The notes under the pieces: model-generated
Seen by the model: the letters and a program-made list of their open reading frames with translations, nothing else
Database searches by the model: none
What the model was told of the DNA's origin: nothing
In this document: positions 46,533-55,204 of the stretch, piece after piece
Numbering within the stretch: position 1 is the stretch's first letter
Layout: the number at the start of each line of letters is the position of its first letter
Made by a program: the position numbers and the translations under genes
Assembly (NCBI GenBank): GCA_963738405.1
Contig: CAVTWJ010000001.1
Coordinates: 18,844 to 82,843 of the forward strand
Direction of reading: 5' to 3'
From: a candidate division FCPU426 bacterium
GTDB lineage: Bacteria; Oederibacteriota; Muellerivitia; Muellerivitales; Muellerivitaceae
DNA: 64,000 bases

Positions 46533-47189
46533 ATGCAGATTACATTTGATGAGGAATTGGCGGGCCTAAAGGAAAAGATTTTGTTGATGGGAAGCCGGGT
46601 GGAGGAATCCATCCGCCTGTCGATCAAGTCCCTCGTGGATCGGGACAGCAAACTTTCCAGGCAGGTCATCCAGGGCGACCGGGATATCAACGATTTGGAA
46701 ATCGAGATTGATGAAATTTGCCACCGCCTCTTGGCCCTCCACCAGCCCATGGCCGGAGACATGCGTTTTATCACCAGTTCCATGAAAATCAACTCGGACT
46801 TGGAACGCATGGGAGACTTGGCCGTCAATATTTGCGAACGGGCGCTGACCTTAAACGAAGTGGCTCCCTTGAAGCCCTTGATCGATATCCCAAGGCTGGC
46901 CAACATCACCCAGGAAATGCTGAAAAGTTCTCTCGATTCCTTGGTGAACCGTGATTCGGCCATGGCGCGAAAGGTTTGCGAAAGAGACGACGAGGTGGAC
47001 AGCCTCAATGACCAATTGATCCGCGAGCTGATCAGCTACATGTTGGATGATCGGGCCAACATCAAGCGGGCCTTGGATCTCATCCTCATTTCCCGCTACC
47101 TGGAAAGAATCGCCGACCACGCCACCAACATCGGTGAAGATGTGATCTACATGGTGGATGGCAAGGATATCCGCCACCGAAGGGGATAG
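46533..47189 (+). CDS. phoU: Phosphate signalling protein PhoU
   Basis: QPMAGDMR, DLERMGD, DDEVD, LERIADHATNI. Confidence 0.96.
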   Translation: MQITFDEELAGLKEKILLMGSRVEESIRLSIKSLVDRDSKLSRQVIQGDRDINDLEIEIDEICHRLLALHQPMAGDMRFITSSMKINSDLERMGDLAVNICERALTLNEVAPLKPLIDIPRLANITQEMLKSSLDSLVNRDSAMARKVCERDDEVDSLNDQLIRELISYMLDDRANIKRALDLILISRYLERIADHATNIGEDVIYMVDGKDIRHRRG

Positions 47190-47222
47190 TTCGAGTTTTT
47201 TGTAGTCAATTGAGTACAGTTT

Positions 47223-47260
47223 AAAAGCCTGAAACCATCTGGTTTCGGGCTTTTTATTTT
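47223..47260 (+). terminator. Terminator of the pst operon
   Basis: AAAAGCCTGAAACC-ATCT-GGTTTCGGGCTTTTT. Confidence 0.85.
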
Positions 47261-47450
47261 AAAGGGGTAAGAGGATTCTTTTTTTGTCTCGGAGGTTTTT
47301 CCCTTTAACCAAAGTTTTAAGTAATCAAGCGGTTCAAATCGGGGGATGGCCGGGAAGGCTGGAAATGAGTTGTTCATGTTTCTACGAAAAACCAAGGTTT
47401 GAGTTTTTGTGTAGCAACAGGTTTTGACTCAAGAAGTTCAGGGGAAACGA

Positions 47451-47479
47451 TTGAAAAAGGAAGGTGATTAAAATACACT
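47451..47479 (+). promoter_or_regulatory. Putative sigma70 promoter of csp, giving a ~100-nt structured 5'UTR
   Basis: TTGAAA-N17-TACACT; UTR stem CATGGGTGG/CCACCATG. Confidence 0.55.
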
Positions 47480-47584
47480 TAATTCGCCGTTAATTGTGCC
47501 CGGACGGCGGTCTTCATGGGTGGGCAGTGACCCGATCCACCATGGGGCAGAACGCAGGGTGCGGAATAGAAAGGAATCGGAAAG

Positions 47585-47791
47585 ATGCCAACGGGACGAG
47601 TGAAATGGTTCAACGCCGGCAAGGGATATGGCTTTATCGAGCAGGAAGGCGGAGAGGACCTTTTCGTTCATTTTTCCGCCATCCAAGGTGATGGCTTCAA
47701 GACCCTCACGGCGGGCCAAGAAGTGACCTTTGAGATCGTCCAGGGCGCGAAGGGAAAACAGGCCGCGAATGTGGTCAAGACCGGCGGCTGA
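47585..47791 (+). CDS. Cold-shock protein
   Basis: [23 protein letters not shown]. Confidence 0.97.
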   Translation: MPTGRVKWFNAGKGYGFIEQEGGEDLFVHFSAIQGDGFKTLTAGQEVTFEIVQGAKGKQAANVVKTGG

Positions 47792-47805
47792 CCGATATCC
47801 TTATC

Positions 47806-47834
47806 AGGCTTCGCTCACCGCGGGGCCTTTTTTT
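47806..47834 (+). terminator. Intrinsic terminator after csp
   Basis: AGGCTTCGC-loop-GCGGGGCCT plus T-run. Confidence 0.8.
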
Positions 47835-47890
47835 ATTTCCTAACCCTCATTCAAACAACCTCACCTCACTCTCATTAAAGGACGCCCGGC

Positions 47891-48649
47891 ATGGTCCGAA
47901 AAAAGTCAAAGATTCCCCAGACTTTTGAAACGGTCGCTCCCGGCGGCGCCCCAGGCCAAGGGGCCGGGGGGGGTGATGTGCTGGCATTTGGAGCCCATCC
48001 TGATGACGTTGAGATCGCCATGGGAGGCACCCTTCTCGCCCTCAGGGAAAGGGGCGCCAAGGTGGTGGTTTGCCACCTGACTGATGGGGAACCCACTCCC
48101 TACGGAAATCGCAAGCTAAGGTTCAAGGAAGCAGCGAAAGCCGCCAGGGTTTTGGGCCTTTATGACTACCTGATCCTTCCGATGAAAAATAGAAAACTGA
48201 AAGATACCCTTCCCGCGCGCAGGGAAGTGGCACAGGTGATGCGCCGGTTCCGCCCCGCCGTTATTTTCGCTCCCTATTGGGTGGACGCCCATCCGGACCA
48301 TTGGGGCGCCAGCGAGCTGGTTCAGGCCGCACGCTTTTGGGCCAAGCTGGTCAAGACCGACATGAAGGGGGAGCCCTGGTATCCTCCCAAACTCTATTAC
48401 CACCTTTGTTCCCATCTGCGTCCCAACGTTCAGCCTTCTTTTATTGTGGATACTTCCAAACACCACGAAACTAAACTAAAAGCGGTGGCCTGTTACGAGA
48501 GCCAGTTCATTAAAAAGCCTGGAAGCCGGGCGCTAGAACATATCAATATCTTCAACCGTTACTTCGGGGCCATGATCGGAACCCAAACGGGCGAGCCCTT
48601 TTTCTCTAAAGAAAACCTTGGGGTTGCCGACCCTCGACTCTTCCTTTAA
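47891..48649 (+). CDS. PIG-L/LmbE-family N-deacetylase (BshB1-like)
   Basis: AHPDDVEIAMGG, DAHPDH, CYESQF, GEPF. Confidence 0.88.
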   Translation: MVRKKSKIPQTFETVAPGGAPGQGAGGGDVLAFGAHPDDVEIAMGGTLLALRERGAKVVVCHLTDGEPTPYGNRKLRFKEAAKAARVLGLYDYLILPMKNRKLKDTLPARREVAQVMRRFRPAVIFAPYWVDAHPDHWGASELVQAARFWAKLVKTDMKGEPWYPPKLYYHLCSHLRPNVQPSFIVDTSKHHETKLKAVACYESQFIKKPGSRALEHINIFNRYFGAMIGTQTGEPFFSKENLGVADPRLFL

Positions 48650-48667
48650 CCCCTTCTTTCACCCTCT

Positions 48668-48725
48668 AAAAAAGTATACGAGTGTATACTTTTTTCTTGA
48701 CGTAAGCCTTTTCGGCCCCTAGGAT
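48668..48725 (+). promoter_or_regulatory. recA promoter with abutting palindromic operator
   Basis: AAAAAAGTATAC-GAGT-GTATACTTTTTT directly before TTGACG-N17-TAGGAT. Confidence 0.7.
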
Positions 48726-48761
48726 GAAAACAAATTCAGGAAGACACACAAGGAGAGGGTT

Positions 48762-49892
48762 ATGGCGAGCGAAAAACAAAGGGCGTTGGATTCGGCGATC
48801 CTGCAGATTGAGAAAGACCATGGAAAGGGCGCTATCATGCGCCTCGGCGAGGCCAAGGTTCAGGACGTTAAGTCCATCTCCACGGGCGCCATTTCGGTGG
48901 ATATCGCCACTGGTATCGGGGGGGTACCCCGGGGCCGAATCGTTGAGGTTTATGGGCCCGAATCCTCGGGTAAAACCACCCTCACCCTCCATATTGTGGC
49001 GGAGGCCCAGAAGGCCGGCGGAACGGCGGTATTTATCGACGCCGAACATGCCATGGATCCGGTTTACGCCCGCAAATTGGGTGTCAATGTGGACGAGCTC
49101 CTTATTTCCCAGCCCGATTCGGCCGAGGAAGCCCTTCAAATCGCCGATACCTTAATCCGCTCCGGCGCCATTGACGTGCTGGTCATTGACTCGGTAGCGG
49201 CCCTCGCTCCCCGTGCCGAGTTGGAAGGTGAAATGGGCGACGCCCATGTGGGCCTCCAGGCCCGGTTGATGAGCCAGGCCTTGCGCAAACTCACCGCTTT
49301 GCTTTCCAAATCCCATACCAGCGCCATCTTTATCAACCAGATCCGTGAAAAGATCGGGGTCATGTTCGGCAATCCCGAAACCACGCCCGGAGGCCGGGCC
49401 CTTAAGTTTTACGCCTCCATGAGGTTGGAAGTGCGCCGGGTGGAATCCATCAAGGTCGGGGACCAAAATATCGGCAACAAGGTCAAGGTCAAGGTGGTCA
49501 AAAACAAAACCGCCCAGCCCTTTAGGGAGGGTCTTTTCGACATCATTTTCGGCGAGGGAATATCCAAAGAAGGTTCCTTGATCGATGTGGGGGTGGAGAA
49601 GGAAATCGTCGACAAGAGCGGGACTTGGCTTTCCTACGGCGAACACAAGATGGGCCAGGGCCGGGACGCGGCCAAGCAGTTCCTGAAGGATCATCCTGAA
49701 GTCGCGAAGGAAATCGAGAAAAAGATTAAGGAAAAGACAGGTCTTCTGCCCGCACCGGTGGTGGCCGGGGAACCGAAGGACAAGGCGGAAACTAAAGTCG
49801 AAGCTAAACCCGAAGCGAAACGTGAAGCCGCTTTCGTTCCAACGGAAAAAGCCAAGGAAGCGGAAAAACAAAAAGTGGCTTTGAAGAAGTAA
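48762..49892 (+). CDS. recA: Recombinase RecA (charged C-terminal tail)
   Basis: [37 protein letters not shown]. Confidence 0.99.
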   Translation: MASEKQRALDSAILQIEKDHGKGAIMRLGEAKVQDVKSISTGAISVDIATGIGGVPRGRIVEVYGPESSGKTTLTLHIVAEAQKAGGTAVFIDAEHAMDPVYARKLGVNVDELLISQPDSAEEALQIADTLIRSGAIDVLVIDSVAALAPRAELEGEMGDAHVGLQARLMSQALRKLTALLSKSHTSAIFINQIREKIGVMFGNPETTPGGRALKFYASMRLEVRRVESIKVGDQNIGNKVKVKVVKNKTAQPFREGLFDIIFGEGISKEGSLIDVGVEKEIVDKSGTWLSYGEHKMGQGRDAAKQFLKDHPEVAKEIEKKIKEKTGLLPAPVVAGEPKDKAETKVEAKPEAKREAAFVPTEKAKEAEKQKVALKK

Positions 49893-49930
49893 AAAAATGG
49901 TTAAATCAGTTTCGAAACTGATTCATGTTT

Positions 49931-49967
49931 AAAAAGAGCGGGAATCCCTGGGGTTCCCGCTCTTTTT
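49931..49967 (+). terminator. Intrinsic terminator after recA
   Basis: AAAAGAGCGGGAA...TTCCCGCTCTTTTT; preceded by the 20-bp palindrome AATCAGTTTCGAAACTGATT (49904-49923). Confidence 0.85.
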
Positions 49968-50072
49968 GTTATTGGGGGTTCCAAAGCCGCCTTCCAATTG
50001 GCGCAGTCCCGGCTAAAATAGTGGCCAATCCAAATCGATGAAGAGAGAGCCATGAAGAAAGAAAAGGGTGCC

Positions 50073-52400
50073 ATGAATAAACTTGTGAAGTTCATCCTGG
50101 TCGGCGGCGGGGTTTTGCTGGCTTTGTTCGTTCTGCTTTTAATCGTGGCGGCCATCGCCATTCCCATCCTTCTTCCTCCAGCCAAGATGAAGGCTATGGC
50201 GACTGAAAAGCTTTCCGAAACCCTCAAGCACAAGGTCACTGTTGGTAAGGTGAGTTTCAACGTTTTGAGCGGTTTTGATGTACAGGATTTGAAAGTCGCC
50301 AACCGGGCTGGGTGGGCGGATTCGCCCCTTTTGGCGGCCAAAGATATTTCGATCTCCTACCACCTGTTTCCCCTGTTGTGGGGTCAGGTCTCTCTGGGTG
50401 AAATCGTCATCAACCAGCCCGACATTCTGGTCGAGCGCAGAGGCCTGAATTCATTTAACTTTAGCGATATGACCGGGACTGGAACCGCCGAAGCGGCACC
50501 TGCGCCTGCGGTACCCGCCGCGACCAAAGCGAAGGCTAAATCCAAAACCAAACCTAAATCGAAGAAAAAAACGAAACGCCATGCGGAGCTTCCCGCAGTT
50601 CGTGACACGCAAACCGCCTCCAGCGGCTGGCTGGTGGGCCAAGCTTGGGCGGATACCACCATGCCTGCTTCGGCTTCGAAATCCACTAAATCCTCTTTGA
50701 ATATCTCGGTCGACGGCCTGAATATCGTTCATGGGAAGATGGTCTTTATGGATGAAACCGTCTCGCCTGCCCAGCGCTACGATTTAAAAGACCTTAATTT
50801 CCATATTAAGAACATCTCCCTGATCGGCGGAAAAAGCGCCTTCGCCATGAGCACCCCCTTTGAGTACAACAAGCTCAATTACCAGCTTTCCATGAACGGG
50901 GGTTACTGCTATTTCCTGTCCAGTCAAACGATCAAGGAACTGACGCTTTCGGGAACGGTGAATGATCTGGGTTTCAAGCTTACAGGTGATGCCGCCACCA
51001 TGAGCGATAATTTCACGCCCAATATGGACGGTGAGGCCAGCTTGGATATGCTGAAGTTCTCCGGTCTTGTTCCGCGGAGCCTGTCTTCCATGCCTCCCGG
51101 CCTCTCCCTCACTGGCCCGGCCAAGGTTGATTTTCACCTGGGCGGAAGCATTAAAAACGGTTTAGAGCTGTCAGGCACTGCCGATGGTTCGGATTTGGCC
51201 ATCGCCTATCAGGACCTGTTCGTCAAAACGGCCAAGACCACCTGCAAAGTGAACTTTAAAAGCGTGATCGGCCAAAACTCCTACGACCTGCCCTCCTTCA
51301 GCGTTTTGTATCAGGATTGGGAAGTGGACGGGTCGTTCCATCATCCGAATGGGGCTCCATGGACCTGCTCAGTCCAATCCAAGGCCCTGCCTCTCAAAGG
51401 CATTTCGGACATGGTTCCGAAATTCAAAAAGGATACCTTTGGCGGGGATATGTCAGTCAACGTAGCTTTCGCCGAGTCCAAGGGAAAGGCCACGCCCTTT
51501 ACCTATAACGGCCAGGTTGTTCTTAAGGATGTCGCCATCACCCTGCCCAATGAACCCTATCTGGAGAATCTTAACAGCGTCATTTATCTCGCCGGGAACT
51601 CCGTCCGGGTTCCCTCGGCCACTTTCCAATCCTTTGACGGGTCGGGATTGGCGGGCGTGACGGTCACCCTGGGCGCGGTGCCCGCCTATTCTTACGCCTT
51701 CCGGCTCAAGGACGTGAACGGCCAAAAGGCCATTAACGCCAGCGTGGACGCCTATGTCACCCAAAGTCCTGAAAATTTCAAAGATAAAATCTACGGCACC
51801 ATGAACTTGGCCTATGCCGGGTTGGGAAAGGGATTTTCGGGAGATGCCATGATGGCCAGCCAGGTGGGCGGTGGGAGCTATACGATTGAGAAATCCAGGG
51901 TCAAGGGATTCGCGGTGATCAAATCAATCAACCAATACTTCAAGGATAACAGTGACGAGATCGATTTCGAGCAGATCGCCGGAAACCTGAGCATGAGAAA
52001 CAAGGTTTTCACCTACACCGCCAATACGACAGGCCAGGTGGGGACCATTCGGGAAACGGGCGCCATCAATGTGGTGGAAATGGCCTACGCGCCGGACATG
52101 AAAATCCAGTGCGACATCAAGAAGCAATTCCTCAATTCCGACTCCCTCCTCTCGGGTGTTCCCGGCGAGGTGAAGGGCCTGGTCAAGAACGGGGATTGGA
52201 TCGCGGACGACAACGGCAACGTGCCCATCGACATCAAGTTTTCAGGACCGGTGAAGCAAAACAATTGGTCTTACGATTGGGGCCGGCTGACGCAGAACGT
52301 TAAGAACAAATTGGGCAAAGAATTGCAGAATGCCGCCGGGGATACGATCCAGCAAAAGGCTCAGGACCTGGGCAACCAGTTGAAGGGTCTATTCCACTAA
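50073..52400 (+). CDS. AsmA-family protein (start 50052 or 50073)
   Basis: N-terminal TM, chorein-N-like FPLLWGQVSLGEIVINQP...FNFSD, repeated beta grooves, VPIDIKFSGP tail. Confidence 0.85.
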   Translation: MNKLVKFILVGGGVLLALFVLLLIVAAIAIPILLPPAKMKAMATEKLSETLKHKVTVGKVSFNVLSGFDVQDLKVANRAGWADSPLLAAKDISISYHLFPLLWGQVSLGEIVINQPDILVERRGLNSFNFSDMTGTGTAEAAPAPAVPAATKAKAKSKTKPKSKKKTKRHAELPAVRDTQTASSGWLVGQAWADTTMPASASKSTKSSLNISVDGLNIVHGKMVFMDETVSPAQRYDLKDLNFHIKNISLIGGKSAFAMSTPFEYNKLNYQLSMNGGYCYFLSSQTIKELTLSGTVNDLGFKLTGDAATMSDNFTPNMDGEASLDMLKFSGLVPRSLSSMPPGLSLTGPAKVDFHLGGSIKNGLELSGTADGSDLAIAYQDLFVKTAKTTCKVNFKSVIGQNSYDLPSFSVLYQDWEVDGSFHHPNGAPWTCSVQSKALPLKGISDMVPKFKKDTFGGDMSVNVAFAESKGKATPFTYNGQVVLKDVAITLPNEPYLENLNSVIYLAGNSVRVPSATFQSFDGSGLAGVTVTLGAVPAYSYAFRLKDVNGQKAINASVDAYVTQSPENFKDKIYGTMNLAYAGLGKGFSGDAMMASQVGGGSYTIEKSRVKGFAVIKSINQYFKDNSDEIDFEQIAGNLSMRNKVFTYTANTTGQVGTIRETGAINVVEMAYAPDMKIQCDIKKQFLNSDSLLSGVPGEVKGLVKNGDWIADDNGNVPIDIKFSGPVKQNNWSYDWGRLTQNVKNKLGKELQNAAGDTIQQKAQDLGNQLKGLFH

Positions 52401-52424
52401 GAGTTATTCAGGTAACCGAGAAAG

Positions 52425-52450
52425 AAAAGCGGGGGAAACCCCGCTTTTTT
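52425..52450 (+). terminator. Intrinsic terminator
   Basis: AAAAGCGGGG-GAAA-CCCCGCTTTTTT. Confidence 0.85.
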
Positions 52451-52469
52451 ATTTTGAGAAGGAAGCGAT

Positions 52470-53738
52470 ATGGATTTGTTTTTTTCCTATATCTACAAGT
52501 TTTTGGCGAAGTTTTTGGGCGTCAATAAACATCTTCCGGATAACGCCAAGACCCTCATCTGGATGATCGGCCTCTACGATTTCACCTTCGCCCTTTCCTC
52601 GGTCTTCATCAACGTCTTCCTCTTCCGCCAGCACAACGATTGGGGGGTGGTTTTGCCCTTCAACATCATCCAGTTTGTGTTTGTCCCCATCGGTTTTTGG
52701 TTGGGGGGCGTTCTTTCCCCCCGTTTTGGGCACCGGGCCTCCTACCAACTGGGTTTCGCCTGTTACGGTTTGCTTTTTCTATCCGTTCTCATCCTGAGGG
52801 AATCCTCCTCCCAGTACGTAGACGGGCTGGGGGTTTTGAGCGGTTTGGCCATCGGGTTCTATTACCTGGGCCAGCATTCCTTAACGCTGGATCTGACCCA
52901 TCCCAAGGATCGGGACTATTTCTTTTCGCTCTACCTGCTATTAAGTTCCATCCTGAAAATTCCAGCCCCCATGCTTGCGGGCTGGGTCATTGCCTCTTTT
53001 AACACAGGAACAGGTCCCTTTTCGCTGACAGGCTATTACCTCATCTTTAGTTTCACCCTCCTCATATATATGGGCCTCATCGCACAAAGCTTTCGTCTGA
53101 AAGTACCCCATAAAACAGACGGGTTTAATGTCCGCCAGGTCTTTCTTCATCCCTGGAAAAAGGATTGGAAGGGCCTCTTAACGGCCTGGTTCTTTTCCGG
53201 TATTCGGGGCGGGGTTTTCTGGTTTGTGGCCCCTCTTTTTGTTTACAAGGTTTGGAATAACGAATTGGCGGTTGGTAATTTCAACACCCTGACCACCTTC
53301 CTGGCGGTGGTCACCGCCTACGTGCTTTCCCGATGGGAGGGATACCAGAAACGAAAAAGCGGAATGGCCATATCCTCGGGCCTCATAGTTCTGTCCACCC
53401 TGTTGTTAGCTTTCAGCCTGGGGCCCATGGCCCTATTGCTCTTCGGCATTCTTTACACGATCGGGGTCACCTGGTTTCAGGTGGGGTTTAGCGCCATATC
53501 CTTCGAGGTTATTGAAAATGTTGATGATTCGGGAAAACGGAAGCTGGAATATTTAACCCTCCGTGAGATACCATTGGCGCTGGGCCGTTTGGCCGGGTTG
53601 GCCCTTTTCTGGTTTGGCTTGGCCCAATACGGCGATACGGGCATCCGCGCGGCACTGGTGGTGCTGGGGATTACCCAGTGGGGTTCTTACGCCTATTCAT
53701 TTGAAAAAGATGAAAAAAGTAAGACGACTCTGGGTTGA
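52470..53738 (+). CDS. MFS transporter (YqgE-like)
   Basis: About 12 TM segments; ALSSVFINVFLF, EYLTLREIPLALGR. Confidence 0.85.
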   Translation: MDLFFSYIYKFLAKFLGVNKHLPDNAKTLIWMIGLYDFTFALSSVFINVFLFRQHNDWGVVLPFNIIQFVFVPIGFWLGGVLSPRFGHRASYQLGFACYGLLFLSVLILRESSSQYVDGLGVLSGLAIGFYYLGQHSLTLDLTHPKDRDYFFSLYLLLSSILKIPAPMLAGWVIASFNTGTGPFSLTGYYLIFSFTLLIYMGLIAQSFRLKVPHKTDGFNVRQVFLHPWKKDWKGLLTAWFFSGIRGGVFWFVAPLFVYKVWNNELAVGNFNTLTTFLAVVTAYVLSRWEGYQKRKSGMAISSGLIVLSTLLLAFSLGPMALLLFGILYTIGVTWFQVGFSAISFEVIENVDDSGKRKLEYLTLREIPLALGRLAGLALFWFGLAQYGDTGIRAALVVLGITQWGSYAYSFEKDEKSKTTLG

Positions 53739-53767
53739 TTTGAAACGGGGATTTGAACGGAGAGAAA

Positions 53768-54433
53768 ATGATTTATGCCATCGGCGATATCCATGGATGC
53801 CTGAAGGCGTTGAAGGATTTAATAGCCCAACTGCCCTTGAAACCCGAGGACGAGGTCGTCTTCCTGGGCGATTACATCGACCGAGGGCCCGACAGCAAGG
53901 GTGTCTTGGATTATCTTCTGCAAAATCAAAAACCGAACTGGCGTTTCTTGCGGGGCAACCACGAGCAGATGCTTTTGGAATGGCTGGGCACGCCCAATGC
54001 CATGACGGCTTCCAACTGGCTCTTGAACGGCGGTCTGCAAACCCTGCAATCCTATGTGCCGACCCAAAATATCGACGAGGTCCGCGGAGAAGGCGCCCAT
54101 ATGGTGCTTCAATCCCACATCCCGCCTTCTCACGCTGAGTTTTTCAATTCATTACCCCTCACCTACGAAACTCCTGATTACTTTTTCTGCCACGCGGGGG
54201 TGAACCTGGATAAGCCTCTCAACTCACAGGAACAGGACGATCTTCTTTGGATTCGCCGCAAGTTCCTGCAGGATCCCCGGCCGACCCCCAAAAAAGTTAT
54301 TCACGGCCATACCCCGGTTGAGAAATTGGATCTTTCCAAGGACCGAATCGACCTGGATACGGGTTGTGTTTACGGGGGTGCTTTAACGGCCTTGGCACTT
54401 CCGGAGATGAAGGTCTATCAGGCGAAGCAATAA
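53768..54433 (+). CDS. Metallophosphoesterase (PrpA/ApaH-like Ser/Thr phosphatase family)
   Basis: GDIHG, GDYIDRG, RGNHE, HAG, HGHTP, DTG. Confidence 0.93.
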   Translation: MIYAIGDIHGCLKALKDLIAQLPLKPEDEVVFLGDYIDRGPDSKGVLDYLLQNQKPNWRFLRGNHEQMLLEWLGTPNAMTASNWLLNGGLQTLQSYVPTQNIDEVRGEGAHMVLQSHIPPSHAEFFNSLPLTYETPDYFFCHAGVNLDKPLNSQEQDDLLWIRRKFLQDPRPTPKKVIHGHTPVEKLDLSKDRIDLDTGCVYGGALTALALPEMKVYQAKQ

Positions 54434-54448
54434 GAAAAATGGGAAGGG

Positions 54449-55132
54449 TTATCGGTCGGGTTTCTTTTCGGACTTCTTGTACTTTTTCTCGAAATCGGAA
54501 GTGGCTTTTTTCAGGGCCATCTCGGCGTGGATGTTTTCCCGCTGGGTAAATTGGGTCAATTGGAGCAAAAATTCCCCCGTCGCCTTTTCTCTCGCAAGCT
54601 TTGTTCCCCTCAATCCCTTTTGAAAATCTTTCCAAGCTTTTTGCAGGTTCTTCATATCCTGAGGGGTTTCCGCGGTGCCGTGGTTGGTTATTTTTTCGTG
54701 CATCCGCTGGGCCCGCAAGAGGGCCGGGAGGGATTGGGGAAGTCCGTCTAAAGCCGATTTGCGTTTGGGTTTTTCCGCCCTTTTAAGTTCTTCCCATTTA
54801 CGGTTGATATCGACGATTTTACGGCTGGATTTCCCGAATACATGGGGATGCCTTCGGACCAATTTGTCGCCTATGGTTTTGGCGACCTGTTGAAGGTTAA
54901 ATTTGCGTTTTTCTTTGGCAAGCTGGGAATGAAAAACAACTTGTAGAAGCAAATCCCCAAGTTCTTCCCGCAAATGCTCCGCGTCCCCGGAGTCGATGGC
55001 TTCCAGGGTCTCGTGGGCCTCCTCCAAAAGATAGGGTTTCAAACTTTTGTGGGTTTGGCGGCGGTCCCAGGGGCATCCCCCCGGCCCCCTCAGTTTTTCC
55101 ATCAATTTTTCAAGCCGCTTCACGAAATCCAT
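54449..55132 (-). CDS. mazG: Nucleoside triphosphate pyrophosphohydrolase MazG (second domain degenerate)
   Basis: LRGPGGCPWDRRQT, LLEEAHE, EELGDLL, KLVRRHPHVF. Confidence 0.93.
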   Translation of the reverse strand: MDFVKRLEKLMEKLRGPGGCPWDRRQTHKSLKPYLLEEAHETLEAIDSGDAEHLREELGDLLLQVVFHSQLAKEKRKFNLQQVAKTIGDKLVRRHPHVFGKSSRKIVDINRKWEELKRAEKPKRKSALDGLPQSLPALLRAQRMHEKITNHGTAETPQDMKNLQKAWKDFQKGLRGTKLAREKATGEFLLQLTQFTQRENIHAEMALKKATSDFEKKYKKSEKKPDR

Positions 55133-55204
55133 GCTTGCCTCCGTTGGGTGGCGACTCTAACATGAACTTGATTCCTTTCCAATCCTAGCGAGGTTTCATT
55201 CCCG

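Noticed and set aside
49904-49923. 20-bp palindrome after recA as an operator
   Set aside because: Lies between the stop codon and the terminator; more simply a 3'UTR hairpin, and no second copy was noticed
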